The notes under the pieces are model-generated. The model worked only from the letters and a program-made list of their open reading frames with translations. It was not told where the DNA came from and ran no database searches. DNA of 64,000 nt. Origin: a virus. The first letter of the stretch is position 1. Each line of letters starts with the position of its first letter. The position numbers and the translations under genes are program-made. Shown here one piece after another: positions 1 to 10,600 of the stretch. The stretch spans positions 39,464 through 103,463 of IMG/VR virus record IMGVR_UViG_3300045911_000130; one strand, given 5' to 3'.

Positions 1-427
1 GCCAAATAGTTCGATGGAGCGCTCTGCCCATTGGCGCAATTTCAGCATGACGGTCATCCCAGGCTCCCTGCACAGCGGCGCAAAGGATCGAGACAAGCAG
101 ACGGCGATGGCCCTGTACAAGATGCAGGCAATCAGCCGTAAGAAGCTTCTCGAAACGCTGGACATCAACGACGTTGAAGGCGTGGAGCGTGAGATTTACG
201 AGGAAGTTGCGCAGATGAAAGCTGCAATGGCTCCGCCGCCGCCGGAACAAGCGATGTCGGGCGCGGGCGCTATCCCGCCTGAAGTCGCTCAACTCCTGCA
301 AGCCATGCAAGCCGGAGGCGGTGCGCCGTCTCCGGGAGGCGGAGCGGGAGGGCCAGCGCCAGCCGGAGCGCCTCCGGGCGAAAGCGAGCGTATGACTCGC
401 GGACAGCGTAACGGGCGGCCGATCTAA
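1..427 (+). CDS. Probable portal protein, C-terminal part (5' truncated by window)
   Basis: Sequence 'VIPGSLH...ALYKMQAISRKKLLETLD' followed by a Pro/Gly/Gln-rich tail resembles podovirus portal C-termini; lies upstream of scaffold and capsid genes. Confidence 0.55.
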   Translation, partial: PNSSMERSAHWRNFSMTVIPGSLHSGAKDRDKQTAMALYKMQAISRKKLLETLDINDVEGVEREIYEEVAQMKAAMAPPPPEQAMSGAGAIPPEVAQLLQAMQAGGGAPSPGGGAGGPAPAGAPPGESERMTRGQRNGRPI

Positions 428-466
428 AGTCAATAGGCCAATTCACAATCAGTACTGTTTTGCATC

Positions 467-513
467 TTGACTTGTACTGATGGGTTGACAGATACTTGTG
501 ACGGAACTATATG
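467..513 (+). promoter_or_regulatory. Putative sigma70-type promoter(s) for the head operon
   Basis: TTGACT-N18-GATACT (467-496) and TTGACA-N17-TATATG (485-513); AGTACT at 451-456. Confidence 0.4.
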
Positions 514-560
514 GCGTACACCCATTACAGGGTAGAGCCGTAACGAAAGAAAGGCGAAGC

Positions 561-677
561 ATGAAACGGAATTCCAAACATGCCGATGCCGCTCAGGACC
601 GAAAGCTGATTCGGGAAATGATGAATGAGCGCGGAACCAAACGCCCCGCAAAGGGCAAGCGAGTTCCGAAGCGCTAA
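561..677 (+). CDS. Small basic protein, 38 aa (not in ORF track)
   Basis: MKRNSKHADAAQDRKLIREMMNERGTKRPAKGKRVPKR; upstream AAAGG; fills the gap before 705. Confidence 0.5.
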   Translation: MKRNSKHADAAQDRKLIREMMNERGTKRPAKGKRVPKR

Positions 678-704
678 TCATCGATCAAGACCAAGGAGGT
701 CCAT

Positions 705-983
705 GTGGCTGACAACAATATGCAAGTCATCGGTGACAAGGAAAAGTTGAAAAACGAACCGCGCACCGTAACCCCGACGCCGTTCAGCGGCGGCAAAATG
801 CAGGCGGTTGGTGACACGATCTCGCAGATGAAGGATACGCCGGTGAGTATGGCTCCAAAGGCGTTTGCCGGTGGGACCATTCAGAAGGTCGGCAGCGACG
901 TTGCGTTGAAAGACACTCCTCGTCACGGCTGGCAAAGCTTTGACACGCCAATGTCTCAGCGAGCAATCAAACAGAGCAAGTAA
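705..983 (+). CDS. Hypothetical head-region protein with three internal repeats
   Basis: SD AAGGAGG; repeats of MQ.VG....(L/M)K(N/D).P. Confidence 0.7.
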   Translation: MADNNMQVIGDKEKLKNEPRTVTPTPFSGGKMQAVGDTISQMKDTPVSMAPKAFAGGTIQKVGSDVALKDTPRHGWQSFDTPMSQRAIKQSK

Positions 984-999
984 GCCTCAGGGGTGATTT

Positions 1000-1389
1000 A
1001 TGGCGATGAATGATTTTGGCGCAACCGGCCCAAACCCTCCCCAGCCTCCGAATCTGCGTCAGGGCATGAGCGCAATGGGACAATTTGCGGCTGGGATGCC
1101 CGCCGCCGGTAGTGGCATTGCTGGAGCGGCCCCCGCAGAGACGCTGCAATTTGCAATGGCCTCCCTTGCCAATGTCGAAAGCGAACTAAGCAAGGTAGCT
1201 CAAATTTTGGTAGTAGAAAAACCGGAAGTAATTCCGTTGCTGAAGATGATGGCGCAAGCGGGCCAGCAGCTTAAGCAAGCGTTGGGTGGTCAACAAACAC
1301 AAGGCGGCATTGGGCAAGGCGCGTCGGCTCCGGCGGGATCTCCAGGTGAGGCTCCGGCGGGCGCGGCTTCTTCCATGCAAATGGCGTAG
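1000..1389 (+). CDS. Hypothetical Gly/Ala/Gln-rich protein (head assembly region)
   Basis: 129-aa ORF with SD-like GGGGTGA; collinear with the operon. Confidence 0.7.
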   Translation: MAMNDFGATGPNPPQPPNLRQGMSAMGQFAAGMPAAGSGIAGAAPAETLQFAMASLANVESELSKVAQILVVEKPEVIPLLKMMAQAGQQLKQALGGQQTQGGIGQGASAPAGSPGEAPAGAASSMQMA

Positions 1390-1425
1390 GCGCAAGAGCG
1401 TTTGCCTTAGCCGTGTCCGCCGGAG

Positions 1426-2283
1426 GTGGAGACGTTGGCAGGAAATGGATTCGCAGACATCCTAGGTTTGATTGCAGACGAAAGCGAAAGGGTTCAATTC
1501 GAGCAAATCGTAAGCAAGTATCCGCAGGTCAAGGAAGGTTTTCTACGGCAAGAAGATTACAGCCGTAAGTTGGCCGAAACCGAAGAGCAGCGGAAATACG
1601 CTGAGGCGTGGGACATCTGGAAGCAGAACAACTGGCTTGCAGATCATAACATGACAAAGCAGCAATACGAAGCATTGCTGGAGAATGAGGCCCTGAGGCA
1701 ACAATTACAGAAAGCGGGAGAACCAATGGATTTTGCACAACTTGACAAGTACCTTGGCGAGAAAGGGTACGTTGCGAAGAAAGACGTAGAAGAGTTACTG
1801 GCGACTAAGGAGCCTGAGGTGGAGCAACTGGTGGACGGTCGATATGCGGCGCTGAGCGCGGTCATGTCGAAAACGATGCCTCTCGTTGTGAAGCATTTGA
1901 AGGAATTCGACGAAGCGCTCGATGTGGACGCGATGTACGCAAATGCGGTGAAGCTGGGTATCAATGATCCTGACGCAGCCTACAATGCGTATGTGTCCGA
2001 CCGCCGTGCTGAACGCATGAAGCAGGATCACGAGAAAGCCGTCAACGAAGCATTTGAGCGCGGTAAGCAGACCGTGCAGCAGCAGATCGCAATGGGCGCG
2101 GAAGGCCGGATGCCTGTCGATCTCAATGGTCCCGAAATGGGCCACTTGCAGAACTCCTTAAGTCAGACCCCGACCGACGCTGAAAAAGCGGCGAACGTGG
2201 TTCCTGAGAACGTCGAGCTTGGCAAAGGCGTGTCGCGTTTTGTGGCCGCTCATTTCCGCCAAAAAGAAGCCGGAGCCAGCTAA
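1426..2283 (+). CDS. Capsid scaffolding protein
   Basis: Helical and charged, contains 'GFLRQEDYSRK', directly upstream of the capsid gene; SD GGAGG. Confidence 0.7.
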   Translation: METLAGNGFADILGLIADESERVQFEQIVSKYPQVKEGFLRQEDYSRKLAETEEQRKYAEAWDIWKQNNWLADHNMTKQQYEALLENEALRQQLQKAGEPMDFAQLDKYLGEKGYVAKKDVEELLATKEPEVEQLVDGRYAALSAVMSKTMPLVVKHLKEFDEALDVDAMYANAVKLGINDPDAAYNAYVSDRRAERMKQDHEKAVNEAFERGKQTVQQQIAMGAEGRMPVDLNGPEMGHLQNSLSQTPTDAEKAANVVPENVELGKGVSRFVAAHFRQKEAGAS

Positions 2284-2351
2284 GCTTACGCAAGGCGTAG
2301 CTTCGGTCTTCACCGCCGTAATTGGCGGAATTGAACAAATAGGAGAATACG

Positions 2352-3419
2352 ATGCCTCTGGCTATCACCGAAGTGAACGCCTTGACAAATCTGTATATTG
2401 TCCCCCGGACAACGGATTTGATTTTCAAGAACGATCCTCTCCTGACTCGCTTGATGAACCGCCGTATGGTGCGCTTCGATGGCGGTCAGTTGATCCAACG
2501 CCCACTGATCTACGCCGAACTCAACGGCGATTTCTTTCTCCGCGGCGACACCTTCAATATCGCCTACGTGCCCACCGACACGGCACTGCAAGTGCCGATG
2601 AAGTATGCGTATGTCAACATTACGCTGTACGGCACCGATGACGTGTTGAATCGTGGCCCCGAAGCGGTCTTTTCTCAGGTTGAGACGAAGATGCTCAATG
2701 CCTCCTTGCGGATGGCGAAGGTGCTCTCGACTAACCTGTACAAAGACGGTCAATCCGATGCTGCCGCTGTGACCGCCTCCGGCGGTGTGCTCAGCACCTC
2801 CAATGCCTTCGCCGGGCTCTTGGCCTGGGTCGATGACGGTAACTCCGGTTCGGGCTACCCGACCGCTACCGGCGTCACCAAGTCCTTCCCCTCTGTGGGT
2901 GGCATTACCCGCAACGACATTACGGCGACACCCTCATCCGGCACTGCCACTCCGAACGCCAACATTGGCGGTCTTAATGCATATACCAACCGTGCGTTTA
3001 CGACCTTCCAGCTTTCGGAAGTGCAAAACGCCTACGGGAAAGCATGGTTTGGCAACGACTTCCCCGACTTGCTGATCGGGCAGCAAAATGGTTGGGACAA
3101 GTTCTGGCAGAGCACTCAGCCACTCCAGCGCTACATGGACGACAAATCCGACGTGGCGAAGGTGGGTTTCCAGACGCTCCGATTCAACAGCAGCGAAGTG
3201 GTCATCTCCAAGTACGCTCCTGAGCAGGTCATGTTTGGCCTGAACACGAATTACCTGGAGTTTTACGTCACCACGAATCCGAAGTTCCAGTTCGGCTTCA
3301 CCGGCTTCAAGGAAGCGCAGAACTCGGTTGACGTGTCGGGCCAGTTCTTGTTCTCGGGCAACCTTGTTGTCCCCAACCCGCGCACCTGCTTCAAGCTAAT
3401 CGGGAGTGCGCTCGCCTAA
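2352..3419 (+). CDS. Major capsid protein (HK97-fold type)
   Basis: 355 aa; 'DLIFKNDPLL...GGQLIQRPLIY' N-terminus and 'GNLVVPNPRTCFKL' C-terminus typical of phage MCPs; strong SD AGGAG; follows scaffold. Confidence 0.85.
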   Translation: MPLAITEVNALTNLYIVPRTTDLIFKNDPLLTRLMNRRMVRFDGGQLIQRPLIYAELNGDFFLRGDTFNIAYVPTDTALQVPMKYAYVNITLYGTDDVLNRGPEAVFSQVETKMLNASLRMAKVLSTNLYKDGQSDAAAVTASGGVLSTSNAFAGLLAWVDDGNSGSGYPTATGVTKSFPSVGGITRNDITATPSSGTATPNANIGGLNAYTNRAFTTFQLSEVQNAYGKAWFGNDFPDLLIGQQNGWDKFWQSTQPLQRYMDDKSDVAKVGFQTLRFNSSEVVISKYAPEQVMFGLNTNYLEFYVTTNPKFQFGFTGFKEAQNSVDVSGQFLFSGNLVVPNPRTCFKLIGSALA

Positions 3420-3459
3420 GGGCGGCAGCTAACCAAGCAAGGAAAGAGAGAAAACAGAA

Positions 3460-3927
3460 ATGGCACTTCCCACCAATCCCCCACTCCCGGCAATCAACTA
3501 TGGCAGCGGCGTGCCGACAGAGGGTTACTGGGCGCAGGGGCAAATCATCATCAATGTTCAAGCCGAAGCGGGCGATGCAATTGGATGGGTCTGCACGGCA
3601 GCCGGTACTCCCGGCTCCTGGGTAGCTCTCGGATTTGCTCAGCCCACGACGCTCACTACGGTTTCCAGTTCGGGCTCGACGCTGGCGTCCGGTTCGCGCT
3701 ACAACTTGCTGACATCCACCACGGCATCTTCGTACACGCTCCCGGCGGCTGGCTCGCAGGGCGCAGGCACAGTGCTTACTGTGCTGAACGCCGGTGGCGC
3801 ATCGGCAGTCACGTTGGCGGCTCCATCCGGCAACACGATTGTTGGTGGCCCTGTGTTGACGACCGTTGCGAATGCTCGCTTGAGCGTTCTCAGTGACGGC
3901 AACACGACTTGGTACAACGTCAGCTAA
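3460..3927 (+). CDS. Putative capsid decoration/head fibre protein 1
   Basis: Directly after MCP; Ser/Thr/Gly-rich; motif 'GQIIIN...GDAIGWVCT'; paralog of 3987-4463. Confidence 0.6.
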   Translation: MALPTNPPLPAINYGSGVPTEGYWAQGQIIINVQAEAGDAIGWVCTAAGTPGSWVALGFAQPTTLTTVSSSGSTLASGSRYNLLTSTTASSYTLPAAGSQGAGTVLTVLNAGGASAVTLAAPSGNTIVGGPVLTTVANARLSVLSDGNTTWYNVS

Positions 3928-3942
3928 CAAAGGAGTTGAGCG

Positions 3943-3972
3943 CCTGAGGTGGGGCTTAGGCCCCGCCTCAGG
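3943..3972 (+). other. Intergenic stem-loop without U-tract
   Basis: CCTGAGGTGGGGC-ttag-GCCCCGCCTCAGG. Confidence 0.6.
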
Positions 3973-3986
3973 TCTCGCAAAGAAAC

Positions 3987-4463
3987 ATGGCACTCAACGT
4001 CTTTAATCTTCCACTCACTCCGAATCAGCCGACGCCGGTAATCCGGTTCGCTGATTCGACGCCAACCGAGACTGGGCTGAACCTTGGCGACATCATCATC
4101 AATACGGCTTGCGGTCCTGGTGAAGCAATCGGCTGGATTTGCACCGATCCCGCTTCCCCTAGTTTCACGCCTATCGCCGTAGGTGGACTTACCGGTCCAG
4201 TGCAAGCAAAAACGGCGGCGGGAACGATAACGGATTTTCCGGGCATCGTTACCGTGTCGGGTTTTGCGGGGAACCTAACCTTGGCTTCTCCGACTGTTTT
4301 TTCTGGTGGCTTTCAGCAGGCCATCTTGGCTTTAACGACGCATTCGGTTACGTTGGTGGCACCATCCGGCGCTTCTATTGTTGGCCTGAATGCGGCCATA
4401 ACAAGCAACACGGCTGCCGCAAAGGTTGTTCCGGTCGGCACCATTTGGTATCGGCTTCAGTAA
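3987..4463 (+). CDS. Putative capsid decoration/head fibre protein 2
   Basis: 'GDIIIN...GEAIGWICT' and 'VTLVAPSG..IVG' shared with 3460-3927. Confidence 0.6.
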   Translation: MALNVFNLPLTPNQPTPVIRFADSTPTETGLNLGDIIINTACGPGEAIGWICTDPASPSFTPIAVGGLTGPVQAKTAAGTITDFPGIVTVSGFAGNLTLASPTVFSGGFQQAILALTTHSVTLVAPSGASIVGLNAAITSNTAAAKVVPVGTIWYRLQ

Positions 4464-4490
4464 TCAGCAGTAAGGATATGGGAGGCGCAT

Positions 4491-5639
4491 TTGCAATACC
4501 AGGAAACATTGGCAAGCATGGTCGGACACGTCCGGCGTTTCAAGCCAAATGCGCCTCCTGATCTAACCCGCGATTGGCTAAATTACAGCCAGCGAACCAT
4601 TATCAACCGCCGCCCGCAATGGGCTGGTCTTTTCAAGCACGCAACAATTTACCTGCCAAACGTCTACGACACCGGGCAAGTCGAACTTATCACGAACTCG
4701 AACTTGATGCTCGGCACCAATACGGATTGGCCGGTAACAGACTACATTTCCACGTCTATTCCGGCTGGTGTAGCGCAGCCCGGCGGCCAGTGGGTGACAC
4801 CGGCTTCGATGGACAACATCGACGATAATTCATGCCTGTATGTTGGTGACGGCGAGACGTACCCGGAAATCGTTCCGGTCCGCAAAGTCAACCAAACTCA
4901 GTTCTACGCTGTTTTTAAGTATCCGAAAAATCAAAACACTCTTGTTTGGCAAAGCAGCTTGGTTCATCGCCAACTTCGCATGACTGAGCGCAATCCGATT
5001 TACAACATTATTGCGGTAACATCGGATTCTATCGCCGTTTTGGATAAGCCCTGGAGTGGCGCATCCGGTGCTGCAATGTCTTACCAAATCGTGAAAATGT
5101 ATATCACGATTGCGAGCGATTGCAAGTCGGTTATGTCTTGCATTGATCCCATTCGTGGTATCCAGATGGAAGTCAACGTCCCTCAGGCTCGCGTCAATGC
5201 GGCGGACCCTTGGCGGCAAAGCGTCAACACGCCTATCTGGCTGTGCAATAACTACCCCAATATCAACGGCAACGAAACCCAAGAAGTCTATCCTCCGCCG
5301 ACGACTTCACGCCAACTGAACATCATGTACCAGCAGGAATGGCCGGACATGAGGGCGCAGAGCGATATCCCGTTGCCTTTTGTCGCGCCAAATGTTTTGG
5401 TTTGGGGTGCACTTTCGCACGCCTTACGGCACAAGGCTGAAGTCAACGACCCCTACTATGATCCGCGCATGGCAGCGGAATATGAGCGCCAATTTGAAAA
5501 CGGCATCAAGGATGCCATGTACGCCGATGATTACAAGGCGCAAATGGCCTATTCCTGGCAGTATGAATCGCTGTATGGATTTGGAGGCGCTGATTGGTGG
5601 CGAGCCCATGATGCCGATGTCTATTACGGAAACGTCTAA
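4491..5639 (+). CDS. Head-tail adaptor / tail tubular A-like protein with inserted domains
   Basis: N-terminal helices 'DWLNYSQRTI', 'EVYPPP...LNIMY', C-terminal 'LVWGALSHAL...YERQF' adaptor pattern; TTG start with SD GGAGG. Confidence 0.6.
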   Translation: MQYQETLASMVGHVRRFKPNAPPDLTRDWLNYSQRTIINRRPQWAGLFKHATIYLPNVYDTGQVELITNSNLMLGTNTDWPVTDYISTSIPAGVAQPGGQWVTPASMDNIDDNSCLYVGDGETYPEIVPVRKVNQTQFYAVFKYPKNQNTLVWQSSLVHRQLRMTERNPIYNIIAVTSDSIAVLDKPWSGASGAAMSYQIVKMYITIASDCKSVMSCIDPIRGIQMEVNVPQARVNAADPWRQSVNTPIWLCNNYPNINGNETQEVYPPPTTSRQLNIMYQQEWPDMRAQSDIPLPFVAPNVLVWGALSHALRHKAEVNDPYYDPRMAAEYERQFENGIKDAMYADDYKAQMAYSWQYESLYGFGGADWWRAHDADVYYGNV

Positions 5640-5666
5640 GAGGTAACCAGAGGTAACGAGGTAACA

Positions 5667-5930
5667 ATGCGAAAAGCCGAAAAACCATGTCCTGATGATC
5701 TTCGCTCGAAGGCGATGACGCCGATTTTTACACCTGACAATGCGTTGAATGACGCGGCCAAGATTCCTCAGATGCGGGAGGCAAGGCGCAACGAAATGGA
5801 TTTGTGCGAGCCTATTCCCAATTCCATTTGGGAAAACCGGTGTGACTTCAATCGCCGATTTGGCGGGGATGGGGGGGGTATGACGTTGGCGAAAGACAAG
5901 GATGACCCGAATGACCCCGGCTGTTGGTAA
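5667..5930 (+). CDS. Hypothetical protein
   Basis: 87 aa; preceded by GAGGTAAC three times. Confidence 0.6.
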   Translation: MRKAEKPCPDDLRSKAMTPIFTPDNALNDAAKIPQMREARRNEMDLCEPIPNSIWENRCDFNRRFGGDGGGMTLAKDKDDPNDPGCW

Positions 5931-6246
5931 GCTGTTCGCAGCAATTATCGAGGAAGTTCTAAAAAACAATTACAAGCCAGAGGATCTTCGGGCTTGGTCG
6001 AAGGCATTGGCTTTTGCCATGCTGGGCGGTTTCATTTCTGCTTTCATCACTGGCTTGAGTGATTATTCTGCTATTATCATGGGCGATTCGCACGCTTGGC
6101 AGCGACTTTTCCATATCGGGGTGGGTGGCGCGGTTGGAAGCGGCTGGGCATACTTAAAGAATCCAGTGCCAAGGCAACCCATAAAGGAGCAGGACGAGCC
6201 CGAAGATAAGGACGCGCAATGCCCCAAGTTACCCTTGAAGAACTGA
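5902..6246 (+). CDS. Small two-TM membrane protein (holin-like)
   Basis: Two hydrophobic segments and a charged C-terminal tail. Confidence 0.45.
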   Translation: MTRMTPAVGKLFAAIIEEVLKNNYKPEDLRAWSKALAFAMLGGFISAFITGLSDYSAIIMGDSHAWQRLFHIGVGGAVGSGWAYLKNPVPRQPIKEQDEPEDKDAQCPKLPLKN

Positions 6247-6866
6247 TAGAAGAAGTATATGACCGCGTTGAAAATAATCGAATCTTTTATCCTCGCGATG
6301 AAGTTGTCGATGTTATCAATGAGGGCATTTGCATTTTCAATTTGTTCATCGGGTTTCTTCAGGCCACAGTCGATCTTCCAGGATTGACCGTCGCCGGTCG
6401 CGTCATCTACGACGTTCCGGCTCCCATCATCATTCCCATCCGCATCCAATACGAAGGGCGCATGTTGGAGCCATGGGCTACTGGCAATATCGGATATACC
6501 ATCCCGGACTGGATGCAAAAAACCTCGGCAATGGAAGGGTATCCGCCTCAGCATTGGGTTCCAATCGGCATCAATAAGTTTGGGTTGCATCCCGCAGATT
6601 CGGAGGGCGGGCGAGTAGTCAGCATTACTGGCATCATCGAGCCCACTCCGCTTGTCGATGATGATGACGTGATTCAGTTCCCGATAGAAGTAGGTAATAG
6701 CTTCTCGGACTATTGCGCTCATGTGCTGCAATTGGACGAAGGCGGAATGACATTCAAAACATCGGAGGCTATTTACGATTCTTTCCTGGCTGATGTTTCG
6801 GCGCAGAGCTATCTTGCGACTTTGCGGCAACCTTACAAGAATTCTGTGATAAGGAATCCTAAGTGA
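6219..6866 (+). CDS. Adaptor/tail-ring-like protein 2
   Basis: 'TLEELI..V...V......F....E..DVINEG', 'GYPPQHW', 'FGLHP' adaptor pattern. Confidence 0.6.
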   Translation: MPQVTLEELIEEVYDRVENNRIFYPRDEVVDVINEGICIFNLFIGFLQATVDLPGLTVAGRVIYDVPAPIIIPIRIQYEGRMLEPWATGNIGYTIPDWMQKTSAMEGYPPQHWVPIGINKFGLHPADSEGGRVVSITGIIEPTPLVDDDDVIQFPIEVGNSFSDYCAHVLQLDEGGMTFKTSEAIYDSFLADVSAQSYLATLRQPYKNSVIRNPK

Positions 6867-7681
6867 TGGCAACGCGAATTCGGTCTATCTATGTTTCAGT
6901 AATCCGGCCATTGCTTGAGCCCGATGGTTTGAATCTTGGCCTAATCTCCGAATCCAATATCATCAATCAAATTGGAATCGTTATCCAGGACTTTGTAGAA
7001 AAGGCTGGCCTCGTTAAGGGAATAGCGTGCCAGCAGGCGCGTTTGAATCAGGGGGTTTACACCGGTCCCAACAAGCTGAGTAACGTTGATGAAGTGTTCT
7101 ACGACCAAAGCCAGTTGTTTGAAGATAACACGTTCCAAATCAGCAATGCGGATTACGATTGGGACCAAATGCTACCATCCAATCCTGAAAAGTACAGGGA
7201 GGATGAATTACTTCCAAAGCGGTTCGGCATTTATCCAAAGCCGCAAATGACAGGCCCGCAGTTCGCCACGAATCTCGGCAATCCCTTCTATGGGACTGTT
7301 GCAAATTTTGTTGCGGGATCTGAATTAACCTTGACGCCGCCTACGTCTGGATATGGCGTTATATCTAGAATCGCCGGTCCTTGTTACTTCGACACGCTTG
7401 GCGGAGGGTTTGGCACGTTGAGCGGCCTCAGCCTCAATCGTCAAAACATCATGCAAGTTGGTACTGTGCAACCAACTTTTCAGGTGGCTCAACTTGAAGA
7501 CATCATCACACAGATACCGGATTCGTTTTTGAAATACATACGGTACGGTGTGCTCCAACGTATCTTTGAGAATGACGCGGAACTCAAGGATACGATGCGG
7601 GCGAAGTATTGCGCTCGCCGCTACCGCGAAGGGATTGCGATTGCCTCGGCGGTTAATCGCGAGATCGTTGGCAACCAATGA
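6863..7681 (+). CDS. Adaptor/tail-ring-like protein 3
   Basis: 'PEKYR...FGIYPKP' and 'IPDSF.KYIRYGVLQRIF...RAKYC..RY' adaptor pattern. Confidence 0.6.
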   Translation: MMATRIRSIYVSVIRPLLEPDGLNLGLISESNIINQIGIVIQDFVEKAGLVKGIACQQARLNQGVYTGPNKLSNVDEVFYDQSQLFEDNTFQISNADYDWDQMLPSNPEKYREDELLPKRFGIYPKPQMTGPQFATNLGNPFYGTVANFVAGSELTLTPPTSGYGVISRIAGPCYFDTLGGGFGTLSGLSLNRQNIMQVGTVQPTFQVAQLEDIITQIPDSFLKYIRYGVLQRIFENDAELKDTMRAKYCARRYREGIAIASAVNREIVGNQ

Positions 7682-10600
7682 AACCGCAAAGCACTGTAAC
7701 CAGTAAATTTCTTAATCGTGGTCTCATTCTGAGAAAGGACCAGGATTCCCTAGAGCCCGGAGAGTATTACGAACTGCTGAACATGCAGAGCGTGCAAGAG
7801 GGCGCAATGACTTTGCGTCTGGGCAATGCCGATCTTGCTCCGACGCTTGCTGCTTCTCTGTGGCCTAACACGTCTGGCAACCGCCTGCACACGATCACCA
7901 AGCTCACGCTTTCTCCTGACAATACGCAAAATCCAAGGTACATCGGATATGGGAACCTAATTTACAGAACCACGCCACAGGCAAATGGGGAATACACCAG
8001 CGCCACTTCTATTGCCCTAGACGGCTCTGAAGTGGCGGGTGCGCCCCCGGTCCCGAATCCGCAGCCGTACTTGCAGAAAAATGAGCGATGGGGAAGCGCT
8101 GTCTACAATACCGGAACGCAAGGACAGAGCAGCCAGTATTTTGCGACTTCCAAAGGATTGGCGCGGCATGACGGTGGCACCGGCAAGCTGCAATTGTGGG
8201 GTGTTCCGGCTCCACTTGCGCCCGCCGTAGCGGTCGTTGGCGCGGCATCCATCGTCAATGTCCTGACTCCAAATAGTGGTCCATTCCGCATCCAGATACA
8301 GATTACCGGATCGACGCCGATCAGCGTCATTGGCACGGCTGGATACTACCGCTACAGCTACAACGTTGTAAGCGGGCAGCCTCCGGCGGAGAACATGATT
8401 CTCTACAATGGCTCGGAAACGATCCAAGTAGCAGCAATCGATCCCGCAAGCAACTCATTCTTCGCTTACACCAACACAGCCAAAACCGGTGTCTGGTATG
8501 ATCGCGGAACGTCGCTGCAACCTTCGACGGCTGGCGTTGTGCAGGCAACCGTATCTTTTTTCGCGGCGAAAAATCTCAGCCTAAATGGAGATCCAAAAGA
8601 CCAATTTGATACGGTCGATCCGGTTTATATCTCGATCTATGTTGACCAGCCGCAGGTGATTCAGGATCTTCGTATACGGCTCGGAGTGGGAGAAACAGCA
8701 GATCCGGGGGGCAATCCGACTAATTTTTACGAAACGGTTGTTACTCCGTCTACCATTGCGCCGGTCGTCACGGCAGCGACGGACCCAGCCAATCAGGCGA
8801 ACGTTTACGACTATGCACGGCAACGCGCCGATTTGGTGAATCAGGGTATTGTAGGCGATTTCATCAATGAGAACGACTATCTCTTGCAGCAGACGCGCCC
8901 GCAGGAATTTCCTCCAACGATCTTTGGTGAACCAGTCTGGGTGCAAATCGGGCCGCAGAAGCGCGAATTTGTGACTGTGGGCAAAGCTGGACAGCCCGGT
9001 TTTGACTGGCGCTCAATTACGTCCGTCACGATCATCGCCCGGTCGCAGAATTCGGCCATAACAACGCCGTTCAATGTCGCCTTGGGCAACGTGGCGGCGG
9101 TCGGTGGCGGTGGCCCAGATGCCGCGCAGCCGGGCTATTTCCCGTACAACTACCTGTACCGTTATCGCAACGCCAAGTCGAATGCGCCGGGCAATCCATG
9201 CGTAGATCAGCCGGATAACAGCGGCGTGATCCCCAAGCGCCAGTCGGTTATTGTCCGGGTGCGCGGGACGGAAACCGCCGTGGCGGGGCAGCCGCAACGC
9301 GACGACTTGTATGGCGCTGGAACTCTCCAGGTGTTCCGGCGGGGAGGTCTATTTTCGGACGGCCTCTATCGATTGGTCAAGAACCATTTCAACCCTTTGA
9401 CCATCACCGGAACGATTTCGGGAACGACCCTGACGAAGACGAGCAACGCCAATTGGCAATTTGCATCGTTTTTGGTCGGCGCAAGCGTGACGTACACCAA
9501 CGGCAGCGTGCCGCGCTCGACCACGATTACGGCCATCTTGTCCGGCCAACAGGTGCAACTTGCAGACGCAGACGCCTTTACCGGTGTAATTCAGATTGGC
9601 ACCATTGTCATTGACAACACAGCCGACGAAGATATCCTTGGCGCTGAAGTCATGGAATTCGACAATGACCAGCCAGTCACCAGCACGCTCAAGCAAGCGG
9701 TGTCCGGCGTTATTGGTGCATTCCTATTCGGAGGCGGCGGCATTGGCATCAACCGGATTACGGTGGGCTCACAGCGTGGGGATGCTCCCGCTGTTAGAAT
9801 CGGCTCAATCATTAATATCGGAAGCGGCTCAAGTTATGAGCAAGCTCGAATTATTTTCATCTACGGCAACAATCCGCTCAACATCGAAGTGTACTTCCAG
9901 AAAACTCATACCGTGGGAGAGCAGATCGAAGTCAATGCGGCAGCCGGTCAACCTTGCACGCTTACGTGCGTAGTGGGCGATGCAGCTTTCATCGCGGGCG
10001 ACCCAAATAATGAAGGCCTGTTATACAAAAGCAAACAGGGCAATCCTGAAGCGTTCCCAGTCGTCAATCAGGTAACTCGCAACTTAAATATAGTGCAGGT
10101 TACCGCGCCGTCGCAAAGACTTGTCGAGATCACCGAATGGAATGGCGAGGTTTGCGCTCTTACGTCCGTCGGGATTAAAACCATTCGCATCTGGAATGGG
10201 GATCTTACTCCGCCACAAGAAACTCCAGCCAACCGTGGCTTGATGGATCGCAGATGTTACGCCAAGGGCGACAATCGCCTCTGGTATCTCTCTTATGATG
10301 GTATCTATGCGTGGACTGGCGGCCAAAGCCTAAAGATTTCTGAGGCAGTAAACTGGATCTTCCAAGGGCGAACAGTCAACGGGATTCCTCCTCTCGATTA
10401 CAATAATCTGACTTTTGCCTGCATGGAGTACGCGCAGAACACGCTGTATTTCAGTTATCTTGCACAGAATGGATTGTTCTACCGGCTGCGTTATGAAACG
10501 ATGTTCGACCGGTGGCATTTGGACATCACCAACAGCACGGCTGGGAATACGGATGTTGTCACTGCGTACTATCGAGAACTTGATACTGGACACTTGCTGG

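Noticed and set aside
428-704. Possible tRNA or structured ncRNA in the gap after the portal
   Set aside because: No cloverleaf or T-loop motif; explained by a promoter and a 38-aa ORF
5640-5665. GAGGTAAC three times before ORF 5667
   Set aside because: Most simply a slippage duplication of the SD region; no further structure
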